DNA from: Gemmatimonadota bacterium
GTDB lineage: Bacteria > Gemmatimonadota > Gemmatimonadetes > Longimicrobiales > Gaopeijiaceae
NCBI GenBank assembly: GCA_034521595.1
Contig: JAXHMG010000003.1
Span: 512,001-576,000 of the forward strand
DNA: 64,000 bases
Direction: 5' to 3'
A program made the position numbers and the translations under genes. The notes under the pieces are model-generated. The model saw only the letters and a program-made list of their open reading frames with translations, was not told the DNA's origin and ran no database searches. Positions within the stretch are counted from its first letter, which is position 1; each line of letters starts with the position of its first letter. This document shows, one piece after another, positions 29,482-39,770 of this stretch.

Positions 29482-30920
29482 GGAGCGTGGGCTCCCGCCT
29501 CCGAGACGCGGTGGCCGCGCAGCCGGTCGATCAGCCGACCGATCTTCCGGGAGAGACGACTGTCGCCACCGCGCACGGTGGTGCCGGCATCGCCCATGTG
29601 CCTTACGAGCCACAGGCCGGCGAGGAGGAACACGACGTTCGTTCCCCACATGGCGATCGCGGGATCGGCGACGCGGCGGTCCGCGAGGCTCTCACCCGCG
29701 ATCAGGCCCACCCAGTAGACCGAGAAGATCAGCGTGGAGGCAGCGACCACCATGCCGACGCCGCCCCGGGGGAAGCGGAGCGCGAGCGGAGGACCGATGA
29801 GGGTGAAGACGATGCAGGCTACGGCGATCGCGAGCTTCTTGTGGATTTCGACCTCGTAACGGTTGATCGCCTGCTGGAGCGCGGACCCTCGCGAAGCCCG
29901 CGACCGGGCTTCCATCACTACCTGCTGGGTCATGCGGTCCTGTGCGAGAATGCCCGCGGTCCTCGGCCGGGCGCCGCCGTCCGCGGCGGTCACGCTGTCC
30001 GTCCCTTCGCCGGCGGGGAGAGCGAGGGCCGTTCGCACGGTTTCGATCGCCTGAGCGCGGCTCACGGCACGCATCGAGTCGACCTCGTGCTGCCGTCGGC
30101 TCACGTTTTCCGCAAGGAGCGCGAAGCCCATCTCCCGATCGGATCGGTCGGAGCCGCCGAGCCGCCGCTCCAGCTCGTTCCCGACATTGCGGAGGGGCAC
30201 GACCTGTCGGTCGAAGTAGACGCGTTGGAAGCCGCCCGCCCGCTCCTCTCGAACCTCGTGCACGACCCCGTCGTACAGGGTGAGAAAGAGGTCGGTGCGG
30301 GCCTCGTTGAACGCCATCTGGCCGCTGGCCGCGTAGGTGGTGCGCTGTCCGCCGCCGTCGTTCCCGTCGAAGATGGCCACGTCTTCCAGCGTGTTCGTTG
30401 CCGGATCGATCCGCGCCGCGGTGAGGAAGTAGCTTTCCGAGCCACCGTCAGTGCGGATCTCGTTGATCACCTGTTCCTCGAGCTCGAGTGTCGGGCTCTT
30501 GCGACCGATGTCGAGCAGCAGGTTCTTTAGCGCATGGTTCGACTCCGGAAGTACCTGATCGTTGAAGTAAAGCATCACCCCGGTGCCCAGGATGCCCATG
30601 ACGAGCAGAGGGCCCAGGATGCGGGTGGGGCGGATGCCTCCGGCCGAGAGCGCCGTGATCTCGTTGGCGGCCGTCATCTCGCTGAACGCGTAGAGGACGG
30701 CGACGAGCACCGACATGGGAAGCGAGAGCGCGATGGTGTGCGGGAGGGAGAGAACCAGGAACTCCAGGATGACCTCGAGTGGAAGCCCTTTGCCCACGAG
30801 GTCGTTGACCCGCTGCGCCACGGCGTTCAGAAAGATCATGCCCGTGATCGTGCACAAGGCGAAGAGGAACGGACCCACGTGAATCCGGACCAGGTATCGG
30901 GTGAGCACGCTCGGGCGCAT
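29478..30920 (-). CDS. lptF: LPS export ABC transporter permease LptF
   Basis: LTRYL, LPMSVL, NEITALSAGG, EIHKKLAI, IGPPL, AMWGTN. Confidence 0.85.
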   Translation of the reverse strand: MRPSVLTRYLVRIHVGPFLFALCTITGMIFLNAVAQRVNDLVGKGLPLEVILEFLVLSLPHTIALSLPMSVLVAVLYAFSEMTAANEITALSAGGIRPTRILGPLLVMGILGTGVMLYFNDQVLPESNHALKNLLLDIGRKSPTLELEEQVINEIRTDGGSESYFLTAARIDPATNTLEDVAIFDGNDGGGQRTTYAASGQMAFNEARTDLFLTLYDGVVHEVREERAGGFQRVYFDRQVVPLRNVGNELERRLGGSDRSDREMGFALLAENVSRRQHEVDSMRAVSRAQAIETVRTALALPAGEGTDSVTAADGGARPRTAGILAQDRMTQQVVMEARSRASRGSALQQAINRYEVEIHKKLAIAVACIVFTLIGPPLALRFPRGGVGMVVAASTLIFSVYWVGLIAGESLADRRVADPAIAMWGTNVVFLLAGLWLVRHMGDAGTTVRGGDSRLSRKIGRLIDRLRGHRVSEAGAHAP

Positions 30921-31024
30921 GGTTGCGTCGGGGGATCCCGCTGCGGTGTGTTGGGTGTCGGCCGTGTTGGGTCGGGTCGGTACACCGCCCCGTGCCCGTC
31001 GGTTCAACGCGCCCGTCGATTCGT

Positions 31025-34000
31025 GTGAATCCGAGAGTCGCCCTGCTCGCGCTCAGCGCGACTGTCGCGGTCGTCGGCGGACCGGCGGTGGGAGGCGCCC
31101 GCGTGGCCGGCGTCGCTCCCGTCGGCATCGGCATGCCCTCCGACACGATTCTCCGTCGCGACCTGGACCGTCCTGCGGCCACCGTGCGGAGCGGCTTGGT
31201 GGCGCGCGAGGACGAGCCCCACGTGCGGCTGGGCCTTCGGAGGATTCCGGTTTCGCCGTCCGGCGTGGGATCGAGGGCCGAGCCCTTCCGTCCGGAGCGT
31301 TCGGTGGTGGTCCGGGGGCGGTTGGTGCCGGGGGGCTACGGGGTCGCCGCCACCGACTCCGTCGACGCGTTCGTCGGCGAAGCGCTACGACGGTGGGGAA
31401 GGGGACTCGGCGTTCCGTCGCCGGACACGAGCAGGTTCCTGCCGAGAGTCCAGCCACGAGAGACCGAACCCGTCCCGGCGGGTGACGAAGCACGCTTCGT
31501 CACCGAGTTCGCCGACATGGCGATGCGGGTCAGGAGCAGGATGGAGCTCGGGGGAGACTGGGCGCGATTCGAACCCTGCGACGCCCGTTTCAAGGAGAGC
31601 TGCACCCCGACGCTCGTCCCGCAGCTCAGCCCGGATTTCCTGTTCGGAGTGCAGCTCGACGGGACGATCGCGGAGCGGATCCGGGTGGACGTGGACTTCG
31701 ACCAGGCCCGTGAATTCGACGCCGCGAACCGCATCAACATCGCGTACGAGGGTGGGGAAGACGATATCCTGGAACGTCTCGACGTGGGGGACGTCACGTT
31801 CCGCCTTCCGCGTTCCCGGTTTCTCACCGAAGGGCTGCCCTCCGGCAACTTCGGATTCCAGGCCGAGGGGCAGCTCGGACCGGTGGACTTTCAGACGGTG
31901 TGGGCGCAGCAGCGTGGAGACCTGAACTCGCGGTCGTTCCGGCTCACGGGCGTCGGGGATCAGCGCGGCTTCGTGCAGGAAGACACGCTGGTGCTCGACG
32001 ATGCCGACTACGCCCAGGGGCAGTTCTTCTTCCTCTTCGACCCCGAGGGCTTGGAGCGCTTTCCGCATGTCGACGCCCTCTCGCTCGATCCGGCTTCCGC
32101 TCCTCCCGACGTGGCACCCGGCGACCAGCCCATCCAACTGTACCGATACGAGGACGACGCGGTGTTCCAACAGCAGGTGGAAGGATTCATCCGGGCGGAC
32201 GCGGTCGCCGGGACGGCTGCCGACACCGTGGTCGAGTCCGGTTGGTTCCGTCACATGCGGCCGGGCGTCGACTACTTCGTGCATCCGAGTGGACTTTGGG
32301 TGGCGCTTCGCACGCCGCTCCGTTCCGAAGAGATGCTCGCCGTCAGCTACATCACCGCGGTCGGAGACACGGTCGGTGATTACAACCCCGAGCGCCTCCA
32401 CAACCGGGGTGAGCGCCCCACGCTCCGACTCCTGAAGGCGAGCGGGGCCAACCACAGTCCCGGCCGTCCGACGTGGGACCTGGAGATGCATCAGGTCTAT
32501 CGGGTGTCGGGGTCCCCGGACGTGGAGGAAGCGTCGGTGGATCTCGACATCTCGCTCGGCGAGCGCGCTCAGGGGCGGACCTTCAAGCGGCGGCCTTCCG
32601 GGGAAAGCGTCACGTTTCTCCGCCTCTTTGGCCTCGACGAGGAATCTCCCCTGGACCGCATCGACGAGTCGTTCGTGTACGATCCGGGCGGTGGGCTGTT
32701 CGGAGACGCCCAACCCGTGGAGGGGACTTTCATCGTCTTCCCGACCCTCCGTCCCTTCGCCGAGCCGCCTCCCGTTCCTTCGCTGGGGCTGTCCGCGACG
32801 GAGAGCGCCGCGATCCTGGCGGACGACGCGAATCCGCGTATCTACGAGGACGAGGATCCGTTCGAGCGAGAGAACGCGGGGCGCTTTCGGCTGACCATCG
32901 CATACCGTCTGCAGTCGACCGGCGTGATCTCCTCGTTCTCCCTCGGTGCCTTCGGGATACGGGAAGGAAGCGAGCGGATCACCCTCGGAGACCGGGTGCT
33001 GATGCGTGGCCTGGACTACGAGATCGACTACGACGTGGGCCAAGTGCGGCTTCTCGATGCCGACGCGCTCTTCGGCGCGGACCCGGATGCAGTCGTGCGC
33101 GCTTCGTGGGAGCAACGTTCGTTGTTCGAGGCGTCACCGACCCAGGTCTTCGGATTTCGAACCCATACGGATCTCGGGGACGCGGGTGGCTTCGACGTGC
33201 TCGGCCTCTACCGCTCCGAGCGCTCGGTCGTGCGCAGACCCGTGCTCGGGACCGAGCCCGAGGCAGCGCTGCTCGGGGGAGTGGCGACCCGTTATCAAGC
33301 GACGTTGGGATGGATGGACCGGCTCCTCGATGTCGTGCCGGGGTTGCGGCTCGAAGGTCAGACCTCGTTGGACATCGAGGGCGAGTTGGCCTTCTCGGCC
33401 CCGAATCCGAACACCGACGACCGGGCGTTCGTCGACGACTTCGACGCCGCGCAGGCGCTCCCCGTGTCGCTCGTCTCGTCCAATTGGCAGCTGGGGAGCG
33501 CTCCATCATTTCGCGACGCGGCGGAGGGGATTCTGCCCCCCGTGTTGGACGAAACCACGGCGGCGCCCCTGACTTGGCAGACCCAGTGGATCGTCGAGGG
33601 TCCGGGCGGCGACAGCCTGGGCATTCACGAAGGGTTCTTCGCCCGCGAGGACGTGGATCGGCAGATTCAGGTCGCGGGCGCCGAAGCGCGGGAGCCGGGG
33701 CTCCTGCTCCACCTGGGGAGGGCGCCGTCGGAGACGCCCCCGGCTTGGCGCTCGGTCACCACCACGCTGTCGCCACAAGGACTCGACCTGACCCGCACCG
33801 AGTTCCTGGAGGTGTACGTCGCGGCTGAAAGCGACGTGGACCTCGTGATCGACCTCGGCACGGTCAGCGAAGACGCGTTTTTCGTCGACGCCGCGGGGAA
33901 CACGTCCGGGACCCGAGCCGACGGACGCTCGTGGGGGCTGGGGGTGTTGGATCAGGAAGCGGATCCCGCGCGAGGCGAGCTCTGGAACGACGCGGCCGAC

Positions 34001-37000
34001 GCGCTGGGCGTGTGGAACGAGGAATGTGAAGGCGAGCCCGGCCGCGTGTACCGTATCGGGGACCCGCGCAGCGTTTGCACCCGAGGAAACGGACGCCCCG
34101 ATTCCGAGGATCTCGACCGGGACGGGATCCTGGATACTCAGGAGCGGCACCTGCGTTACGTGCTGACGCTGGATGGGGCGTCACCGTACCTGGCCCGCAC
34201 CACGGACGAGACGGGCACCGAGTTCGAGCTGTACCGGATCCCGATCGAAAGCGGCGACGCGACCGAAGTCGGCGGTGCCGTCGGCGATGCGGACCTCCGG
34301 TCCGTGCGGCATCTGCGGATCACGGCCACCGGTCCGGGAACCCGCGACGTTCGTCTCGCGCGCATGCGCCTGGTCGGGTCGCGGTGGATCAAGCGGGGCG
34401 GGGACGGGGTGTTCGCCGGCATCGGCGGCGATACGGTCGGGGTCGGGGGGCGCGTCGAGGTCTCTGCGGTCTCCGGGGTGACGCGCGGTGATGCGTACAC
34501 CTCTCCTCCGGGCGTGCTCGAGGAGCTCGTCGACCCGACTAGCGCGTTCGCCGGACAGGGCATCGAATTCAACGAAAAGTCCCTCGGCGTGGCCTTCGAC
34601 GACCTTGCTCCCGGGGCGCGGGCCGAGGTGTACCAGCGCTTTCCCCAACGCCCGCGCAATTTTCTCTCCTACCGCCAGGCACGGCTGTGGGTGGTCGCCC
34701 CCTCGGGCGACTTCGGGCCCGAACAGCCGCCATCCTTCTTCTTCAAAGTCGGCAGCGACCCCGACAACTATTACCTGTATCGGAGCCGGCTCCCGGGATC
34801 GGCCGCGGGGACGGGCGTGGACGCCTCCGATTGGTTGCCCGAGGTGCGCGTTCAGTTCGAAGCGTGGTTCGAGCTACGCCAGCGGGCCGAAGAGATCCTG
34901 CTCACCGAGCCGCGGGGGCCGGGAGATGCACCGGTGGTCGTGTGGTCCGCGGACTCGACGTACGCCGTCTCGCTCAACGACCGCGGCAGAGCTCCGAACC
35001 TCGCGGCCGTGCGCGAGGTATCGCTGGGTGTGTGGAATGAGGGTGATACGCCGCTGACCGGGGAGATCTGGGTCGATGAGCTGCGCTTGGGAGAGCCCGT
35101 GCGCGATCCCGGGTTGGCCGGCTCGGTGGACGTGACGCTCGACGGGGGAGGGGCATTGACGTCACGTCTCAGTGTGACCAATCGCGGCGCCAATTTCCGT
35201 CAGCTTCGCGAGGAGCCGTCGTACCAGACGGATCGTTCGGTCGAGCTGCGGTCCACGCTCGCCCTCGACCGATGGATGCCCAGCGATTGGGGCGTGGCCG
35301 TACCGGTCACCATGGAGATGGATCGCACCAGTCAGGCTCCGCGCTTCCTGCCGGGATCAGACTTGAGGGCCGGCCGCCTCGAAGGTTTGCGCGACACCGA
35401 GTCCCGACGGACCCGGTTGGGCGTGTCCTTCCGCCGTCGTACGCCCGCGGCCGACCCGTGGGTGGGCTTTTTCCTCGATGGCCTCGGAGCCCGTGCGGCG
35501 TACACGAGATCGAGAGGCTCGACCGTCACCTCGAGATACGCGTCGCGCGGGTTCGACGTCGGTGTCTCCTGGGTTCGAGAGCCCGAAGCACTGGAGTTGG
35601 ACGTGGTTCCCGGCTTCGCGGAGGATCTGGTCCGGGCGCTTCTCCCGAGCTTCCTCGAGGATCGGGTGATCGGCACGCCGTTGCGTCTCTCCCCCGAGCG
35701 TGTGTCCCTCGGGTCCTCCTATCTGAGACAGAAGGACCGCGTGTCCCGTTTCGAGCGGATCATCACGCTCGGGGAGGACTCGGACGCCGCTCCCAGCGTG
35801 ATCCCGCGAGAGCGCCTGGAGAGCGTCGCCGACGTGCGCCTCCGTCCCCTCCCGCCCCTTTCGGCCACGTTGACGCTGTCGACCGAGCGCGACCTCGTGG
35901 CTCCGGAGGACGCGGTCAGCGATCCACGGGTGCAACAGCTTCTGCGGCGCGAGCGCACTCGCTCGAGGGGCGTGGATCTGGGGTGGGAGACCGGTCGGAC
36001 GCTCCGCACGCGAATCGGCTTCACGCCGCGACTCGTCTCGTGGTTCCGGAACGACTTCGACTGGACCACGACGTACCGATCGGGCCGCAGCGCGAACTTG
36101 CTGTCGCGCAGCGTTGCGGGGGGCGACACCACTTTGGCCCTCGCGCGGGACGCGCGGGGGCAACGGGATTGGGGGCTCTCTCTGGCGCTGGAGCCCGACC
36201 GGCTCGCGAACGCGTGGCTCGGCGACCCCGATCCGAACGAACCGCAGGATCTCGCCCAGCTTCGGACGATGCTCGAGAGCCTGAGGCCGCTCACGGCCGA
36301 CTACCGCGACGGAGTGACGTCCAGGTTCAGTCGCGACCCCGTGGATCCCGGTTACGGCTATCAATTCGGTTGGGCGCAAGAGGCCGGCTTCAGAGTGATT
36401 CGCGGAGATACGGCCGCGATCTGGACGGATCGGCGAAGCTGGACGCTGGGGTCCGGGGTCGATCTTCCTCGCGGGTCGTCGCTGCAGGTCGGCTACTCCA
36501 CCGTAGAGGCCACTACGCTGGATGTGCGTAGCGACCGGGATCTGTGGCAAAGGACTTGGCCGGACGTTCGAGCTCGGCTGCCGTCCATCCCGTTCCCCTC
36601 GTTCACCGGCATCGAGTCGCTGACGCTCTCATCCGGGATCGAGCGTATCCTCCGCAGGACGGATTTCGGCAGCACATCGCTTCGTCGGCGGGTCGACGAC
36701 GATCTGCGCGTCCCGTTCGACTTGTCCGTGCAGTGGCGCGGCTCGCTCGTCACGGCTTATCAAGGCTCGGTCCGGCGTGGCCGGGCCACCGACGCCACGG
36801 GAGACACGGAACGGGAGGAGATGACGCACCGGATCTCGGTACGGAGTCGATGGGACGCCGCGGGCTTCCTCGCCGGGCGAATCGACCGGCCGATCGAGCT
36901 CGCCGTGCTGGCGGGGTACGTGGCCGAGCGTGATTGCCGGGTCACGCGGACCGGAGGGCCTTGCGTCGCCTTCGTGGACCAGATCCGTCGGACGCTCAGC

Positions 37001-37159
37001 GTCTCGCTGGACACGGGGGCCGGCGACTTCTCTCTCGGATTCCAGGTGAGCTTCGACGACCGACAGTCGTTCGTGGGGCAGCGAACCGGGTCCACGCAGC
37101 TGCAACTCGGCCTTTACGGACAACTCGAATTCTCGGCGGGGATGCTTCCGTCGCGGTGA
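31025..37159 (+). CDS. sprA: SprA-like giant outer-membrane protein (T9SS translocon homologue)
   Basis: ~2040 aa with signal peptide; SprA-like blocks GTIAERIRVDVDFD, YEGGEDDILERLDVGDVTF, DYEIDYDVGQV, AFVDDFD, DSEDLDRDG, GEIWVDELRL. Confidence 0.75.
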   Translation: MNPRVALLALSATVAVVGGPAVGGARVAGVAPVGIGMPSDTILRRDLDRPAATVRSGLVAREDEPHVRLGLRRIPVSPSGVGSRAEPFRPERSVVVRGRLVPGGYGVAATDSVDAFVGEALRRWGRGLGVPSPDTSRFLPRVQPRETEPVPAGDEARFVTEFADMAMRVRSRMELGGDWARFEPCDARFKESCTPTLVPQLSPDFLFGVQLDGTIAERIRVDVDFDQAREFDAANRINIAYEGGEDDILERLDVGDVTFRLPRSRFLTEGLPSGNFGFQAEGQLGPVDFQTVWAQQRGDLNSRSFRLTGVGDQRGFVQEDTLVLDDADYAQGQFFFLFDPEGLERFPHVDALSLDPASAPPDVAPGDQPIQLYRYEDDAVFQQQVEGFIRADAVAGTAADTVVESGWFRHMRPGVDYFVHPSGLWVALRTPLRSEEMLAVSYITAVGDTVGDYNPERLHNRGERPTLRLLKASGANHSPGRPTWDLEMHQVYRVSGSPDVEEASVDLDISLGERAQGRTFKRRPSGESVTFLRLFGLDEESPLDRIDESFVYDPGGGLFGDAQPVEGTFIVFPTLRPFAEPPPVPSLGLSATESAAILADDANPRIYEDEDPFERENAGRFRLTIAYRLQSTGVISSFSLGAFGIREGSERITLGDRVLMRGLDYEIDYDVGQVRLLDADALFGADPDAVVRASWEQRSLFEASPTQVFGFRTHTDLGDAGGFDVLGLYRSERSVVRRPVLGTEPEAALLGGVATRYQATLGWMDRLLDVVPGLRLEGQTSLDIEGELAFSAPNPNTDDRAFVDDFDAAQALPVSLVSSNWQLGSAPSFRDAAEGILPPVLDETTAAPLTWQTQWIVEGPGGDSLGIHEGFFAREDVDRQIQVAGAEAREPGLLLHLGRAPSETPPAWRSVTTTLSPQGLDLTRTEFLEVYVAAESDVDLVIDLGTVSEDAFFVDAAGNTSGTRADGRSWGLGVLDQEADPARGELWNDAADALGVWNEECEGEPGRVYRIGDPRSVCTRGNGRPDSEDLDRDGILDTQERHLRYVLTLDGASPYLARTTDETGTEFELYRIPIESGDATEVGGAVGDADLRSVRHLRITATGPGTRDVRLARMRLVGSRWIKRGGDGVFAGIGGDTVGVGGRVEVSAVSGVTRGDAYTSPPGVLEELVDPTSAFAGQGIEFNEKSLGVAFDDLAPGARAEVYQRFPQRPRNFLSYRQARLWVVAPSGDFGPEQPPSFFFKVGSDPDNYYLYRSRLPGSAAGTGVDASDWLPEVRVQFEAWFELRQRAEEILLTEPRGPGDAPVVVWSADSTYAVSLNDRGRAPNLAAVREVSLGVWNEGDTPLTGEIWVDELRLGEPVRDPGLAGSVDVTLDGGGALTSRLSVTNRGANFRQLREEPSYQTDRSVELRSTLALDRWMPSDWGVAVPVTMEMDRTSQAPRFLPGSDLRAGRLEGLRDTESRRTRLGVSFRRRTPAADPWVGFFLDGLGARAAYTRSRGSTVTSRYASRGFDVGVSWVREPEALELDVVPGFAEDLVRALLPSFLEDRVIGTPLRLSPERVSLGSSYLRQKDRVSRFERIITLGEDSDAAPSVIPRERLESVADVRLRPLPPLSATLTLSTERDLVAPEDAVSDPRVQQLLRRERTRSRGVDLGWETGRTLRTRIGFTPRLVSWFRNDFDWTTTYRSGRSANLLSRSVAGGDTTLALARDARGQRDWGLSLALEPDRLANAWLGDPDPNEPQDLAQLRTMLESLRPLTADYRDGVTSRFSRDPVDPGYGYQFGWAQEAGFRVIRGDTAAIWTDRRSWTLGSGVDLPRGSSLQVGYSTVEATTLDVRSDRDLWQRTWPDVRARLPSIPFPSFTGIESLTLSSGIERILRRTDFGSTSLRRRVDDDLRVPFDLSVQWRGSLVTAYQGSVRRGRATDATGDTEREEMTHRISVRSRWDAAGFLAGRIDRPIELAVLAGYVAERDCRVTRTGGPCVAFVDQIRRTLSVSLDTGAGDFSLGFQVSFDDRQSFVGQRTGSTQLQLGLYGQLEFSAGMLPSR

Positions 37160-37234
37160 CCGGACGCGAGTCGGTAGAGCACGACGACCCATCCCGGCAT
37201 GGGACCGCACCGCCCGCTCGGTCAGCGTCAGGAC

Positions 37235-37882
37235 ATGCACCAAACGGAGACGCGGGCCCTGAGACGGGCAGTGATCGCCCTCATGATCGTGAGCACGGGG
37301 CGGTGGGCATGGGCGCACGGGAACCGCCCCGAGCCCGTGGACGGTGGCGTGCGGGAGGCGTTGGTCGACGAGAGCAAGGAGATGGTCGACGAAGAGCGGG
37401 AGCGTGCGGAGCCGTTGGGGTCCGACGAGCGGATCGATCCGAACCGGGCCGACGAGATCCAACTCGACCGGTTGCCAGGAGTGGGGCCGGTCACGGCGCG
37501 CGCGATACTCGAGGCCCGGGACGCTGGCGCGGTCTTCCGGCGGACCGAAGACCTGACCACCGTGGCGGGAATCGGGCCGGCCACGATCGAAGAGCTCGAC
37601 GGGTTGCTCGATTTGGATGACCCACCCTCGCGCTCCAGGGCCAGGTTCGAGGCAACAATGCGGAACGACGCCCCCGGAGGCGCCGGGGTCGACGTTAACC
37701 GCGCCACGGCCGAGGAGTTGGAGACGTTGCCGGGAATCGGACCGGCACTGGCGCGGCGCATCCTCGACGAGCGGCGAAAACGAATGTTTAGCTCCGTGGC
37801 CGACTTGGAGCGGGTCCGGGGGATCGGTCCGGCCACGGTCGAGCGTTTGCGCGATGCCGCACGGGTGGGAGGGCGGTTGTGA
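37235..37882 (+). CDS. comEA: ComEA-family DNA-binding protein with two HhH modules
   Basis: N-terminal TM; IDPNRA...LPGVGP...VAGIGP and VDVNRA...LPGIGP...VRGIGP. Confidence 0.88.
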   Translation: MHQTETRALRRAVIALMIVSTGRWAWAHGNRPEPVDGGVREALVDESKEMVDEERERAEPLGSDERIDPNRADEIQLDRLPGVGPVTARAILEARDAGAVFRRTEDLTTVAGIGPATIEELDGLLDLDDPPSRSRARFEATMRNDAPGGAGVDVNRATAEELETLPGIGPALARRILDERRKRMFSSVADLERVRGIGPATVERLRDAARVGGRL

Positions 37883-37912
37883 CGCCGTCCGCATGCCCGC
37901 CGCACGGGATGC

Positions 37913-37942
37913 TTGTAGAGGGTAGGGGGGCACCCGTAGTTT
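37913..37942 (+). promoter_or_regulatory. Putative sigma70 promoter for pilBTC (TTGTAG-N18-TAGTTT)
   Basis: Consensus-like boxes in an AT-richer patch upstream of pilB. Confidence 0.35.
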
Positions 37943-38000
37943 TAAAGTTCGTGTCGCGTGCCGTCGACTCCCGTTTCCAGTCCAAGGGGAACCCTCACTG

Positions 38001-39722
38001 ATGGCAGCCAAGGTCGCGCAGGAAGTCCGTCTCGGAGACCTTTTCGTCCGAGAGGGACTCATTACCGAGGAGCAGCTCAAGGAAGGGCTCGCCGAAGCGA
38101 AAGCGACCGGTCACCGTATCGGGTACGCGCTCGTGCACCTCGGATTCGTGGCCGAAGAAGAGCTCACCCGGATGCTGGCCAAGCAGTACCGGGTCCCTGC
38201 CGTCGACCTCGACAAGTTCAACGTCGACGCCAAGATCCTGAAGCTCATCCCGGCCGACGTGGCGCAGAAGCATCTCGTGCTCCCCCTCCGCCGGGTCGGA
38301 CGGACGCTGACCGTCGCGATGACGAATCCGACCGACTTCTCGGCGATCGACGACCTGAAGTTCATCACGAAGCTCGATATCGAGCCGGTGATCGTCGGGG
38401 AGTACACGCTGCGAAAGCACCTCGAGCACTACTACGGTGCGTTCGAAGAAGAGCAGATCAGCGAGCTGATCGAGGGCTGGGAAGAGTTCGACGAGGTCGA
38501 AGTCATCGAAGAGGAGGACGACGACGACTACTCCCAGTTGGCGGCGGAGATCGATTCGGCTCCAGTGGTCAAGTTCATCAACGGGCTGCTGACCGACGCC
38601 GTGCTCAAGGGGGTCTCCGACATCCACATCGAGCCGTACGAGAAGGAGCTTCGGGTTCGGTACCGGATCGACGGCGCGCTTCAGGAGGTCATGAAGCCGC
38701 CCATGAAGATGAAGGCGGCGCTGACGTCCCGCATCAAGATCCTCGCCGACCTCAACATCGCCGAGCGGAGGGTCCCCCAGGACGGACGCATCAAGCTCAA
38801 GCTGAAGAACAAGGTCGTCGACTTCCGAGTGTCGACGCTCCCGGTCATCTTCGGCGAGAAGATCGTCCTCCGGATCCTGGACAAAGGGAACCTGACGTTC
38901 GACCTGAAGACCTTCGGCTTCGAGCCGAAGGCCGAGAAGGACTTCATGTGGGCGATCTCGAGGCCGTACGGAATGGTGTTGGTCACCGGCCCGACGGGCT
39001 CCGGTAAAACGACGACGCTGTACTCGGCGCTCTCGCAGATCAACACCATCGACACGAATATCATGACGGCCGAGGATCCCGTGGAGTACAACATCCACGG
39101 AATCAACCAGGTCCTCGTGCGCACGGAGATCGGGCTCGATTTTCCGGCTGCCCTCAGGGCGTTCCTGCGTCAGGACCCGAACATCGTCATGGTGGGTGAG
39201 ATCCGCGATCTGTCGACCGGCGGGATCGCGATCAAGGCGGCGCTCACGGGCCACCTGGTGCTGTCGACGTTGCACACGAACGACTGCCCGGGAACGGTGA
39301 CCCGTCTGATGGACATGGGGCTCGAGCCCTTCAACGTTGCCTCGGCGCTGAACCTGGTCTCCGCGCAGCGGCTCGCGCGGCGCATTTGCAAGAGCTGCAA
39401 GGCGGAGACCACTTATCGAGAGGAGTACCTCGAAGCGGCCAAGATCCCTCGCGACTGGGCCGAGAGCATGACCTTCTACAAGGGTGAAGGATGTGACGAA
39501 TGCGGGGGCAGCGGCTATAAAGGACGCTGTGGCATCTACGAGGTCATGATCATCACGACCCCGCTGCGAAAGGCGATCATGTCCGAGGTGAGCACCGACG
39601 AGTTGAGGGATCTCGCACGTTCCGAGGGGATGCTCACGCTCAGGGAAGACGGCCTGAAGAAGGTCGAGCGTGGCTTCACGACGCTCGAGGAAGTGATCAA
39701 GGAAACGACGGTCGCCGACTGA
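38001..39722 (+). CDS. pilB: Type IV pilus assembly ATPase
   Basis: MshEN-like RLGDLF, SDIHIEP, PQDGR, GPTGSGKTTT, LRQDP, tetra-Cys motif. Confidence 0.96.
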   Translation: MAAKVAQEVRLGDLFVREGLITEEQLKEGLAEAKATGHRIGYALVHLGFVAEEELTRMLAKQYRVPAVDLDKFNVDAKILKLIPADVAQKHLVLPLRRVGRTLTVAMTNPTDFSAIDDLKFITKLDIEPVIVGEYTLRKHLEHYYGAFEEEQISELIEGWEEFDEVEVIEEEDDDDYSQLAAEIDSAPVVKFINGLLTDAVLKGVSDIHIEPYEKELRVRYRIDGALQEVMKPPMKMKAALTSRIKILADLNIAERRVPQDGRIKLKLKNKVVDFRVSTLPVIFGEKIVLRILDKGNLTFDLKTFGFEPKAEKDFMWAISRPYGMVLVTGPTGSGKTTTLYSALSQINTIDTNIMTAEDPVEYNIHGINQVLVRTEIGLDFPAALRAFLRQDPNIVMVGEIRDLSTGGIAIKAALTGHLVLSTLHTNDCPGTVTRLMDMGLEPFNVASALNLVSAQRLARRICKSCKAETTYREEYLEAAKIPRDWAESMTFYKGEGCDECGGSGYKGRCGIYEVMIITTPLRKAIMSEVSTDELRDLARSEGMLTLREDGLKKVERGFTTLEEVIKETTVAD

Positions 39723-39770
39723 GGCCCGTCCCCAGGGCCCGATGTCTCACACGCTTCGCGAGGATCCGAC

